64,000 bases of DNA from a virus (Duplodnaviria > Caudoviricetes): positions 1 through 64,000 of IMG/VR virus record IMGVR_UViG_3300037424_001021; one strand, given 5' to 3'. Positions 47,301 through 55,948 of the stretch are shown one piece after another (the first letter of the stretch is position 1; each line of letters opens with the position of its first letter). The translations under genes were made by a program, and so were the position numbers. The notes below the pieces were generated by a model. It saw nothing but the letters and a program-made list of their open reading frames with translations. It did no database searches and was not told the origin of the DNA.

Positions 47301-49808
47301 ATTAATTTTAAAATTATGGCAGCACAAGCAAGACAAGAAGGTATCAATTTAGTTGTTAATTCAGCCTATAGGGACAATGAGTATCAAGCAATATTGTATG
47401 AAAAATATCTAGTAGAATTAGCAAAATTCAATCAAGAAGAAATCACAGAGCGTCCTGCGCCAGCAGCAGCTCCTGGTAAAAGTAAACATAATCAAGGACT
47501 TGCAGTAGATATTCAAGTTGAAGATTCTTTTGAAAGCACAGTATACATGTGGCTCGACAAGAATGCTCCAGATTATGGTTTTATTAACACAGGGAAAAAC
47601 TTTAAAAGACCTGAACCTTGGCATTGGGAATTTCAACCAGATATGGTAACAAATACAGAACAGATAAGTTCTATTGGGGCAGCAATTGACCCTAACAATG
47701 AATCTCTTTTAACTAAAAGTTTAAATCAATTACAGAAAGATATATATACTAGTCAGGGTTATACGATGATGCGAGCATACCCTACTTTTAAATTATATTT
47801 TATTGAGTCAGATTTAGGAGAACGTAAACGATATGCTTTTGATGACTTTTTTAGTTATTCAGCAGTCAAATCTATCGAGTTGATTAGAAGCAGAAAAATC
47901 GCGGCGGATTTATTGTTACTCGAATTGACAAACATATCAGGTATTTTATCAAATAGAAAATTTCAATCTGCATATGACCCAACAAAACCAAGAGATGCGC
48001 AATCTTCTTCAAGAGAAAATCTCAATAATAGAACAGATGTAAATACTTTAAATGAGAATCCTATCGCATCTTTAATGTTACAACCTGGAGTCCAAATACA
48101 ACTTCGTTTAGGCTATTCCAATTCACCTGAAGAATTAGAAAAAGTCTTTAATGGTATTATTACCGATGTGGAATTTTCAGAAACAGATGATTTAGTTAGT
48201 ATTGTGTGTCAAAGTTTTGCTATCGAATTAGTTCAATCGATTCATGGCGAAAGTAAAAGTTGGGGTGGATGGTTCTCTGGAAATGGAAAAACATTCAAAA
48301 TTTTAGAAGAAGTTTTAGCTTCTCCAGAAGTTGTCCATTTTGGCAGATGGGAAGGAGGAGATTTTGGAAGAAATACTCAACGCTCTTTGTTAACAAAAAG
48401 ATGGAAATTTATTCCTGCTCCTCAAGATGACAATATTTTTGCTCCTCAAGGAGATACAGGTATTGGTTTTATTGATTCTATAATAGGTTCTCATAAGTAT
48501 ACAATGTATCAAACTACTTTATGGGATGTCATTCAAGAAATGACATTGCGTCATCCTTCGTATATTGCTTCTGTTGTTCCATATGACGGGAAAGATGGAC
48601 CAAGATCTACAATGTTTTTTGGAGTACCAGATCAATTGTATTTTGCAAGAGATTCTTCTTATACAGAAGATACTGTTGCTAGTAATTTAAATTCTCAAAT
48701 AGATAATTCAGAAATTTCTGCAAGAGATGCGTCAAGAGATGCCAATGTTGAGCCAATTAACGCCTTAGCTCGCAAAGAAGAAGATTCTTTGTATAGAAAA
48801 CGTTATTTTGAATTACTAAAAAAACAATATGGACTCAATCGAGGATTCATTAAGCCTTTTCGAAATTATCATATTGCTACGTCTGGAATGCATATTGTAT
48901 ATAACAATATTAGCGCTTCTGGACACAATACGTTCAATACAGCCACCGTTCAATATGGAAAAAGTGCCGCTGATCCAAATGAAAAAACTGGTCAATTAGA
49001 TTTTGATGGTTCCAGTACGTTTACGTTGAAAGCAGATGCGGCAATTCCTGACGAAGATATCAGAGAACTATCTGTTCAATATCCAAATTGTATTGGTGAA
49101 GAGGTTGCAAAAAATTATTGTTTAAGTTTGCTTTTTAATTCATTAAAAGATTCTTATAAAGGAAATCTTGTTTTAATAGGCAATCCGAAAATTAAACCAT
49201 TTGATATTGTCTACTGTTTCGACACCTATAATGATCTTGTAGGGCCCATTGAAGTTGAGCAGGTAATTCATAAATTTTCTCAAGAAACTGGATTTATAAC
49301 AGAAGTAACTCCCGATATGGTAGTACATGTTAATCAGCATTCTACCCTTTCTACAAGTGACGCAATGGGATATATCGCAGAATATGCACTAAAAAAAATC
49401 GGTGTTACTAATAATGTTTTAACTGGTTTAAAAATTGCTGGCAATGTTGCAACTCTGCCTTTACTTCCTCTCTCTCCATTAGCTGCTATGTTTTTTAATT
49501 CAGCTGAACATACTTTGTCCACTGGTACTAATAATTCTCCTTTGGCTTTAATTGGGACTTTTGTATTTAAAAAATTAATTACACGAACTCAGTTAGCTCA
49601 TCCATTTAGATTTAGTCCCTTAGTTTTACAATCTCATCCAATGATTGGAGGACTACCTAATAGAAAGACAGATGGTGGTTTTTTTCAACCTTTCGGTGAA
49701 TGGAAGAAAGACTTTAAAGACTATAGTTCTCAATATCTTGAACATCTTATGGATAAATTTAATCCAAATAATTGGCTTGATAAATCCGAAGGAGATATTA
49801 AATTTTAA
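44367..49808 (+). CDS. Baseplate hub (gp27/gpD-like) with an inserted M15B/VanY-type peptidoglycan peptidase
   Basis: NSAYR...PGKSKHNQGLAVDI...EPWHWEF at about 47260-47635. Hub-like motifs IQLRLGY...VFNGIITDV...IVCQS and GNPKIKPFD...EVEQVIHKFS...GFITEVTP. Confidence 0.75.
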   Translation: MSNLNTDTSFFQLNDICLSIPPESISIQHKLYNNTWQTLRTRSSTKVKSGFSQIEIIVKCKFADLVLFPTSGGLPTNSFYELRNLVSQFRITPFCYVENQYLRDNILSGDLSENMALALRQLEIFTSPDQVNVVDVIFHFAWFNYAPFLKNFTFKRDIFLPDEVNDPKDSRAYRLLYLAEQQRVIYDPLLSLNGDVNFQFYEYKVISKKQYQALKHDYELYEKLQNTNPDLVIGRDQLLNLGFAANETNATLQNLFGNQSSQSQDITLNDIIQSLNSSIQDPTSFISTIQKDWKVVYLGGEQKSVKLQTTLKTDHEIEETELNKITEEEMVLLQKNHEIDLAKAGIVVTGLHISFENILATIPMLGYSYPTFQHIGSTDAVISLSFQTDSEAGSRTLSNILNIYNQQSLTNRFIPQGHRNIHITNDLLGMCGLRNFIIESKSIQTVPGQPGVSVGTLVFLDDSLNENTSEQIIQGQSFTTSFDIRNKIAKILEKNLQLVSNVFKFNDEGEAILNSEAAIRIATGQTVAVVAGVAGVPGSVTNIAITKSSYYRYIGINDNNHQVFKKLCEEYGLNLSILLEELVEYLQEKESFLLQLKRFFKHTESGSSFLYHFFGLTNEEIIGISKLQEDMYPVFQKNSRRDELSDSRISSLNELQKFSREQLEQLNDIETTGTQTSQTQDLLLSFMQDKFTEWQQFTSAFLDKILYSGLIHLPQFKEATDLIANNALNSGTDCYPDFPLQNLVSLLSSSKDNDLNLAFEALNQLFQTTDLGFKNISLSSLINPDFYFFNRVTDTIDEIVPSDIVKRATDGIIKAREMMEPAESDWMKKVYETNLLTDIRSKQITADMAKPLADKSLEKAFQTKAGQSYRNHLQRATIFAPNQLVGSITSAIKESSYGKDIIELPAFSLSNNSQNVLTNERQAINLTVNSSIPEIKHNFDTEEVLKPINQPNSQIVFNGTIETQLIDSQGHSLQKDAAINFKIMAAQARQEGINLVVNSAYRDNEYQAILYEKYLVELAKFNQEEITERPAPAAAPGKSKHNQGLAVDIQVEDSFESTVYMWLDKNAPDYGFINTGKNFKRPEPWHWEFQPDMVTNTEQISSIGAAIDPNNESLLTKSLNQLQKDIYTSQGYTMMRAYPTFKLYFIESDLGERKRYAFDDFFSYSAVKSIELIRSRKIAADLLLLELTNISGILSNRKFQSAYDPTKPRDAQSSSRENLNNRTDVNTLNENPIASLMLQPGVQIQLRLGYSNSPEELEKVFNGIITDVEFSETDDLVSIVCQSFAIELVQSIHGESKSWGGWFSGNGKTFKILEEVLASPEVVHFGRWEGGDFGRNTQRSLLTKRWKFIPAPQDDNIFAPQGDTGIGFIDSIIGSHKYTMYQTTLWDVIQEMTLRHPSYIASVVPYDGKDGPRSTMFFGVPDQLYFARDSSYTEDTVASNLNSQIDNSEISARDASRDANVEPINALARKEEDSLYRKRYFELLKKQYGLNRGFIKPFRNYHIATSGMHIVYNNISASGHNTFNTATVQYGKSAADPNEKTGQLDFDGSSTFTLKADAAIPDEDIRELSVQYPNCIGEEVAKNYCLSLLFNSLKDSYKGNLVLIGNPKIKPFDIVYCFDTYNDLVGPIEVEQVIHKFSQETGFITEVTPDMVVHVNQHSTLSTSDAMGYIAEYALKKIGVTNNVLTGLKIAGNVATLPLLPLSPLAAMFFNSAEHTLSTGTNNSPLALIGTFVFKKLITRTQLAHPFRFSPLVLQSHPMIGGLPNRKTDGGFFQPFGEWKKDFKDYSSQYLEHLMDKFNPNNWLDKSEGDIKF

Positions 49809-50227
49809 TGAACAATCAGTCGTCAGCTCCTAAAAATGCACTTCAGCAAGGATTTACTAGTTTAAATAATATTGCTAGTCAGCCTCCTGATGATATTGAA
49901 CGTATTAGTTATGGAGTCATTGCCGAAGTTCATGAAGAATCATATCAAGTAAAAGTAAATTTTCTAAAAGCAGATAAAACTCTAGGAGAAGCAATTTCTG
50001 ATGGATTCCTTCCATTGTTAAATTCTTTAAGTCAAATTCATTTACTATATGGAGCTTTGCGTCCTGGATTGTTGGTCAGAATATATTGGCGTGGTAAAAT
50101 AAAACCGAATACGGCGATTATAGAAGTTATAGGAGATGAGGATTCGTCATTTTTACAAAAAGAAATTGAAGTTAACGAAATTGAAACTGGTCCATGGATG
50201 CTTTTATCTGGTGGATTAGCAGTATAA
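49808..50227 (+). CDS. Putative gp5-N/OB-fold baseplate spike component
   Basis: YGVIAEVHEESYQVKV...LRPGLLVRIYW pattern directly after the hub. Confidence 0.45.
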   Translation: MNNQSSAPKNALQQGFTSLNNIASQPPDDIERISYGVIAEVHEESYQVKVNFLKADKTLGEAISDGFLPLLNSLSQIHLLYGALRPGLLVRIYWRGKIKPNTAIIEVIGDEDSSFLQKEIEVNEIETGPWMLLSGGLAV

Positions 50228-50238
50228 AAAGGGATATC

Positions 50239-50565
50239 ATGGCAAATAAAACAAGAGTATGGCGTGTAAGTGCTAATGCAAAAGCAGGGATGCAAATATC
50301 AGAAGATACTGCAATTATGGCAGCTAATACAAAGAATTTTATAGCAGTAGGCCAAACTGGAACTGCTATTGCTGGTCCAGTGAATTTCATGACCACTTCT
50401 GAAAATATCAGAAGTGGTGGACTATTTATTCAAATGAATGATTTTATTAAAATGATTCCTGGCACTATAGTTACTCCAATACCTCAAGAAATTCCTTTCC
50501 CTCCTGTAGCGATGTTTGCATATGTAGCAAAAGTTCTACCGAGTTTACTAGCTTTAATTACATAA
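50239..50565 (+). CDS. Putative spike/baseplate small protein
   Basis: Short beta-repeat-like segments; start taken at M16 of the track ORF. Confidence 0.4.
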   Translation: MANKTRVWRVSANAKAGMQISEDTAIMAANTKNFIAVGQTGTAIAGPVNFMTTSENIRSGGLFIQMNDFIKMIPGTIVTPIPQEIPFPPVAMFAYVAKVLPSLLALIT

Positions 50566-50578
50566 ATAGGAGAACATT

Positions 50579-51055
50579 TTGGGTTTGTTTGATGCCAATG
50601 ATATAGATTTTTCCTGGGATGGAGATTTTTTAATAGATTCGACTGGTTCGCTGGCAGATACTTCAGACGACTGGTTGCGTTCACTTGTTAACCAAGTTCG
50701 AGATTTAGTAAAATCTGAACAAGGTGATTGGGAAAGCGATCCAAATTTTGCGGCTGATTTGTCGGAATTTATTGGAGAAGCAAATACTCGGGAAATGGGG
50801 AAAAAGATTGAACAACGTATTCGTTCAAGAATTGTCAATATTGGATTAGTTCCTACTCAAGATTTAAATATTCGAGTAGTTCCTATTCATGTAAATCAAT
50901 TAGCCGTTTTTATTAAAATAAGTTGCACTCCTACTGCTAATAATAAATTAGTTCTTGGAGAACCCGTAATCGTAACATTCGTGTTTGACACCATGGAGCA
51001 TTCGATTTTCTTTACTCTCTCTAATACGAGTACGACAGATCCCTTTACAAGTTAA
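50579..51055 (+). CDS. Baseplate wedge protein, gp25-like
   Basis: DLVKSEQGDWESDPNFAADLSEFIGE...IEQRIRSRI pattern; lies between spike and baseplate J; AGGAG SD with TTG start. Confidence 0.75.
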   Translation: MGLFDANDIDFSWDGDFLIDSTGSLADTSDDWLRSLVNQVRDLVKSEQGDWESDPNFAADLSEFIGEANTREMGKKIEQRIRSRIVNIGLVPTQDLNIRVVPIHVNQLAVFIKISCTPTANNKLVLGEPVIVTFVFDTMEHSIFFTLSNTSTTDPFTS

Positions 51056-51073
51056 GATCTATCCAAGTAAAAA

Positions 51074-52120
51074 TTAGGAATTTCCATTTCCTTCTACAAG
51101 AGGTTCATGCCCGAACCCAACAATTTCAATATTCTTAGCAGCATTGACATCTCTTTGATGTTCAACTCTGCAATCAGAACATTTCCATTGTCTTATTTCA
51201 AGACCCTTCAATCCTTTCGGACCGCTAATGCAACCGCAATTAGAACAGGTCTGAGTAGTGAAATTTTCATTGACAACTTTGAACTCTGCTGATGCCCAAC
51301 GGCTTTTATACTCAAGCATTGTTTTGAACATTCCCCAACCAGCATCAAGAACTGATTTAGCCATTCTTGTTTGTGCCAATTTGAGGCTATTTACATTGCC
51401 AACTGCTATTTTTCCATAACTATTAACTAACCGCCGCGACTCTTTATGTAATGCATCTTTTCTCCTATTTTTTATTTTAAGATGAATACGTTTTACTCTA
51501 TCTTTTTTATTTGCTCTTTGAGCAATTGCTAATTTCTTTTCTTCATTACGATACCAATGTCCACCACTAAAAACTTCTCCATTTGAGAAGGTAGCAAGTG
51601 CTTTTAATCCTAAATCAATACCAATAGATCTAGTTTTATTTAATTTTGTTGGTTCAAATTTAACAGCAACATTTAAAAACCAATTACCTTTTGAATCTTG
51701 TGAAAAATTGCCAGCTCTTAATTCGTAGTTTTTAAGTCCATATGAATCCCAAACTTTATATTTAGTTCCATTGAATTTAATTAATCCATTTTTAAAAGAT
51801 ACTTGTTTTATTTTAAAAGGAATCCATCCAAGTTTTTTGTTAGTTCTCCATTTTAATTTAGAACGTTTCACTTGCTGCCTTCGTATAAAATGATCTTCAT
51901 TGACAGCTTGAATAGTTGCACTTCCAATACTTAGTTCTTTAGAAGTTCCAACCGTGTATTGATGCAAATCGTAATGAGTTAACCATTTTTTTCTTTGTTT
52001 CCAAGATTTAGCAGTTAATTCATTAATATAATTCCATACAAAATTCACATCTTTAGACATCTTAACAAGAGATTTAGTGTTCTTACTTTTCAATCTTATG
52101 TGAAGTGTTTTAGTTTCCAT
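51074..52120 (-). CDS. tnpB: TnpB-family RNA-guided nuclease with rearranged RuvC-II (no TnpA nearby)
   Basis: RuvC-I IGIDLG; RuvC-II position AVGNV (Gly instead of Glu) with a Glu 44 aa later (VNENFTT); CSNC...CSDC zinc finger; RuvC-III RDVNAAKNI. Confidence 0.9.
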   Translation of the reverse strand: METKTLHIRLKSKNTKSLVKMSKDVNFVWNYINELTAKSWKQRKKWLTHYDLHQYTVGTSKELSIGSATIQAVNEDHFIRRQQVKRSKLKWRTNKKLGWIPFKIKQVSFKNGLIKFNGTKYKVWDSYGLKNYELRAGNFSQDSKGNWFLNVAVKFEPTKLNKTRSIGIDLGLKALATFSNGEVFSGGHWYRNEEKKLAIAQRANKKDRVKRIHLKIKNRRKDALHKESRRLVNSYGKIAVGNVNSLKLAQTRMAKSVLDAGWGMFKTMLEYKSRWASAEFKVVNENFTTQTCSNCGCISGPKGLKGLEIRQWKCSDCRVEHQRDVNAAKNIEIVGFGHEPLVEGNGNS

Positions 52121-52126
52121 AAGATT

Positions 52127-52161
52127 ATTATAATTGATATTAATAATTAATCAAGTATAAT
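52127..52161. promoter_or_regulatory. Near-palindromic pair of divergent sigma70-like promoters
   Basis: ATTATA-a-TTGATA-ttaataatt-AATCAA-g-TATAAT. Plus strand: TTGATA-16-TATAAT. Minus strand: TTGATT-16-TATAAT, 6 nt before the tnpB ATG. Confidence 0.55.
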
Positions 52162-52207
52162 CATTTTATATAGTAAAATGTTAGATCCTTTTTTGAGGTA
52201 AAAAATA

Positions 52208-53428
52208 ATGTCTCTTTTCGCTTTATCTGAAAGCAATTTGTTTTCTGAAATTTTAACTGATATAGTTGATAACACGAATCTTACTCGTGCATCTCCTGGT
52301 TCTAAAACCCGCGCGATTTCGAAAACATTATCAACTCAATTGGGGAACGCTTACAAGAAGTTCGATGTCAACATTGCTCAAGCATTCGTAGATGGAGCAA
52401 CTGGAAAGTACCTTGAATTCATTGGAGAATTGCTAAACGTCTCTCGCTTGGGTGCGCAAACTGCACAAGTTGGAGTCGTTGATAAAACAGTTCGCTTTTA
52501 TGTAGATACTGGGACATTTGGAAACATAAACGGCGGGAATTCTATTCTTCTAACAACTGGAACTAAAATTACTACAGGTTCAGATAATTCAGGTATAGTC
52601 TATACCATTCCATATAATGTCGTTCTTTCAGCAAGTGCGTCAGAAGCCTTTGTTCCTGCTCAGGCAAATTCATCTGGTAGTTTTAATAATGTTGGTAAAA
52701 AACAATTAATTTTCCACGATTTTATCAATTACACAGATAATACAAATGATACTTTAAAAGTCACCAATGATGCAGAAGTTGTTAGTGGTCAAGATGTAGA
52801 ACCAGAAGCAAACTATCGCTATCGTATAGTCAATAAAATTCTATCATCAGAAGCGGCAAATCAAACTTCTATCAGATTGGCGGCTTTATCTGTTCCTGGA
52901 GTGGCAGATGTAGTAATTCTTCCTTATCACAAGGGTGTAGGTTCCTTTGAATTACTAATTAAATCTACTACTCCAAGTGTATCGTCTGGACTAATCGCCG
53001 CCGTTCAGGAAATTGTTGACAATACAAAGTCTCTTGGAATTCTCGCCAATGTTCGAGGACCAAAAGAAACTGGTATATCTCTAACTGTCACTTTAACTTT
53101 ACATAAAAGACTTAACAATGCAGAAAAATCAAATCTAATTCAATCTGTAACTAATAACCTAATTGACTATATAAATAGTCTCGATATCGGCGAATCATTT
53201 ATTCAGAACGAAGCAATTGAAAGAGTAATGTCTACATCTGCGGAAATCAAAAATATGGGCACTGCTACCAATCCATTTGATAGTAAATATATCTATAGAA
53301 GTTCAAGACTATCAGACAATAAGGTTCGAAATACTCTTATTGGAGATTTCGATCCGGCTATCGATGAGAGATTAACGGTCGAGCTGTCATACGCAGGCGA
53401 TCAGCCTATCCTCGTGAGGATTGTATAA
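52208..53428 (+). CDS. Baseplate J-like protein
   Basis: ATGKYLEFIGELLNVSR, GQDVEPEANYRYRI and AALSVPGVADV are typical baseplate J motifs. Confidence 0.85.
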   Translation: MSLFALSESNLFSEILTDIVDNTNLTRASPGSKTRAISKTLSTQLGNAYKKFDVNIAQAFVDGATGKYLEFIGELLNVSRLGAQTAQVGVVDKTVRFYVDTGTFGNINGGNSILLTTGTKITTGSDNSGIVYTIPYNVVLSASASEAFVPAQANSSGSFNNVGKKQLIFHDFINYTDNTNDTLKVTNDAEVVSGQDVEPEANYRYRIVNKILSSEAANQTSIRLAALSVPGVADVVILPYHKGVGSFELLIKSTTPSVSSGLIAAVQEIVDNTKSLGILANVRGPKETGISLTVTLTLHKRLNNAEKSNLIQSVTNNLIDYINSLDIGESFIQNEAIERVMSTSAEIKNMGTATNPFDSKYIYRSSRLSDNKVRNTLIGDFDPAIDERLTVELSYAGDQPILVRIV

Positions 53429-53440
53429 CGAGAAGAATTT

Positions 53441-55045
53441 GTGAAGAATTCTAACAAAACAAAACAACTGACAGCTTCGTTCCCCGAATGGGCGAAGATT
53501 CGAGATGAGCAAAGCATTGGATACACTTTTCTCAATGTCCTTGCTCAACCTCTTGAAGAACTAGACAAGCAATTAGAAAAAATGTTGAGAAATCAATACA
53601 TTCCATCTTTTAATTTAGATGAAATCGACTTGACTTACAAAGTAGAATTACCCTCAACTTTTTCTTTTACATTAGATTTAACAGACCCAACCAACCCAGT
53701 GAAGGTTGCTCCAACTTTGCAAGGCTTAGTAATCAATGATGTTATATCGGGATATGTAGATGTCGATATAGCTGAAGATAATGATTTAAAAACTTTTTGG
53801 TATGACTCATTACCTAATCGAGTTACCTATGGCGAAGTAGCAAGTGGAGAATATGTCTTACTTACATTGTCTAATGATGAGGTTACCTGGTCAGGAGAAA
53901 TGACCCACCATTTAGCCGATGAATCTTCTGGAGGCGGAAGTCTCTGGATTGAAGTAGCTGATGGGACTCCATATATTCGTAAAAATGAAACTCTCAATAG
54001 AATTGAAAGATCACAAGTCAGAATAGAAGGAGTGACTCGTAAAGGAACAGAAGACGAAGAAACGTTCGCATTTGGTTGGGATGAAAAGCAAAAATCTCTC
54101 AAAGAATGGCGGCGGATAAATAAAATTGACATCTCACATATGAATACAGGAACTACAATTCAATTACGTTCTGGAGATTTCAATGAAGGACCTTATTGGT
54201 CATTTTGGAATAACAGATTTGCAGATAGTAAAAAGAAGATAGATGAGTTTTTCGATTTAGGGACTACTATAGCAGGAAATTCTACTCTTGAATATATCAG
54301 TCATATATCAGATGATTTCCGTTTACTGATACAGGGTTTTGACGACAAGGAAGTTAAAAAAAGTTGGGAACTATTAGACGAAGACGATAATACATTAAAC
54401 TTAGTAGACTTAACAGTTCAACCATTTACAGATAGAATTTGGACAGTTACTTCAGATGGACAGCTTTTATGTTATGATTCAAGAGAAGATATGATTGAAA
54501 ATTTTGAATTCTTAAAAGATAAAACAAGTGGAGCAAACGTTCAATTACAATTCGATTATACAAACATTTTATTAGGAGAAGACTTTGTATTTCGGCCTTT
54601 ACATTTGAGAATAGAACAGGAAATTCTGAAGTATAGAGTATGGTGGACAGACCCAGATGGAACAGAATATTTTCATACTGATGATGATTGGCTTTTTCCA
54701 ACTCAAACATTGAGATTATTAGGTGAAGATTTTACAGTAACTCCCGCAATTCGCGGGGAATGGTTATTTAATGTTGAAACAGTATTTATTGATGAAACAG
54801 AACAAACAGACAAAAGAATAGGAGTCGTAACATATAAAAATCCATTGGTTACTCTTGACTTATCAAGTATCATTAGCCAACCCATTGTTGGACTTGATTT
54901 TGATAATGACCAGCAATTGTGGGTATTAACAGATGACGATTTTTACCATCGTATTGATTTTCATACAGATATTGCTTTAGTTGATTACAATAACAAGGTA
55001 ATATATCTAAAAGAAAATTATACAGATTTAAAGGTTACAGTGTAA
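53441..55045 (+). CDS. Baseplate wedge-associated protein
   Basis: 534-aa acidic beta-rich ORF after baseplate J; GTG start. Confidence 0.5.
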   Translation: MKNSNKTKQLTASFPEWAKIRDEQSIGYTFLNVLAQPLEELDKQLEKMLRNQYIPSFNLDEIDLTYKVELPSTFSFTLDLTDPTNPVKVAPTLQGLVINDVISGYVDVDIAEDNDLKTFWYDSLPNRVTYGEVASGEYVLLTLSNDEVTWSGEMTHHLADESSGGGSLWIEVADGTPYIRKNETLNRIERSQVRIEGVTRKGTEDEETFAFGWDEKQKSLKEWRRINKIDISHMNTGTTIQLRSGDFNEGPYWSFWNNRFADSKKKIDEFFDLGTTIAGNSTLEYISHISDDFRLLIQGFDDKEVKKSWELLDEDDNTLNLVDLTVQPFTDRIWTVTSDGQLLCYDSREDMIENFEFLKDKTSGANVQLQFDYTNILLGEDFVFRPLHLRIEQEILKYRVWWTDPDGTEYFHTDDDWLFPTQTLRLLGEDFTVTPAIRGEWLFNVETVFIDETEQTDKRIGVVTYKNPLVTLDLSSIISQPIVGLDFDNDQQLWVLTDDDFYHRIDFHTDIALVDYNNKVIYLKENYTDLKVTV

Positions 55046-55948
55046 ATGGCCACTACAAGTTTTACTCCTTCTTCCTGGCAAGTGCACAACGAGCTAGACT
55101 CATTGGGATTACTACTTGGAACTCCCCGCCTTGAAGAAGAAAGAAATATGGAATACAAACAACGTCTTTTAGATGTGTTTGTTCATCGTTCGAATTCTAC
55201 TTATTTAGGTTTGATTTACGGAATTACAAGAGAATTAGGATTGAATATTGCTGAAGTTATTAGATTACAACCTGTTATGAATGGTGAAGTCTCATTGGGA
55301 AATAATCCCGCCGTTTTGTTTGAAAATACTAAGTGTTACGTTTATAGCGATATCACTGATGACGAAAATGGATTAGTTGAGACTTTTGATAGATTTGACG
55401 TTTCAAAAGGCGCATTTACTTTGACGCAGTTAGTCGAGAAAATCAACGCAACTGGATATTTTACAGCAGTTCTTCAAAATAATATCAATGGTAACTTGAG
55501 AGCAATGACAATCTATGACCAAGCCAGCACTATATTAGTTCCAAGCGAAAGTATTTCGGGAGCGGGCGGGATTATTTCTTTAGCCAACCAAAATTTAATT
55601 AGTAATACTATAGTTATTAGTTCTTTAAATTTAACAGAAAGAGTTTCAACTTCAGAATTATTGGTTAAACAAAATCAATATTATATTGATACTGTAAACG
55701 GAATATTATATACTGGTTCAGTGCCAGAACCTGGTTCTCTTATTAGATATAAATACAGAGATGATGATTATTATATAAAATCTTCTCCTGTAATTTTACA
55801 TAATTTACAATCCACCGACTTTAAAACAAAAATGTTTCAACAAGTTCTACAGTTAGATGGAACAACTGAAAATAGTTTACCAACAGTTCTGGGAACAGAA
55901 CTTTTAAATGAGCTTTTTAGCGTTTATAACGGATTTTTAGGACCCTAA
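55046..55948 (+). CDS. Baseplate wedge/tail protein (gpI-like N-terminus)
   Basis: LDSLGLLLGTPRLEEERNMEYKQRLL...NSTYLGL resembles wedge-protein N-termini. Confidence 0.5.
   Translation: MATTSFTPSSWQVHNELDSLGLLLGTPRLEEERNMEYKQRLLDVFVHRSNSTYLGLIYGITRELGLNIAEVIRLQPVMNGEVSLGNNPAVLFENTKCYVYSDITDDENGLVETFDRFDVSKGAFTLTQLVEKINATGYFTAVLQNNINGNLRAMTIYDQASTILVPSESISGAGGIISLANQNLISNTIVISSLNLTERVSTSELLVKQNQYYIDTVNGILYTGSVPEPGSLIRYKYRDDDYYIKSSPVILHNLQSTDFKTKMFQQVLQLDGTTENSLPTVLGTELLNELFSVYNGFLGP

Larger units (their letters stand above)
51055..52187 (-). mobile_element. Solo tnpB insertion (IS200/IS605- or IS607-derived) between gp25 and baseplate J
   Basis: Antisense to the structural operon; bounded by GTTAAGATC (51051-51059) and GTTAGATC (52180-52187). 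Boundaries are inferred. Confidence 0.5.

Noticed and set aside
51074-52120. Calling the TnpB catalytically dead (TldR-like) because the RuvC-II Glu is Gly
   Set aside because: A Glu 44 aa downstream fits the known rearranged active site and both Asp residues are intact. Inactivity is not excluded but is not the default reading.
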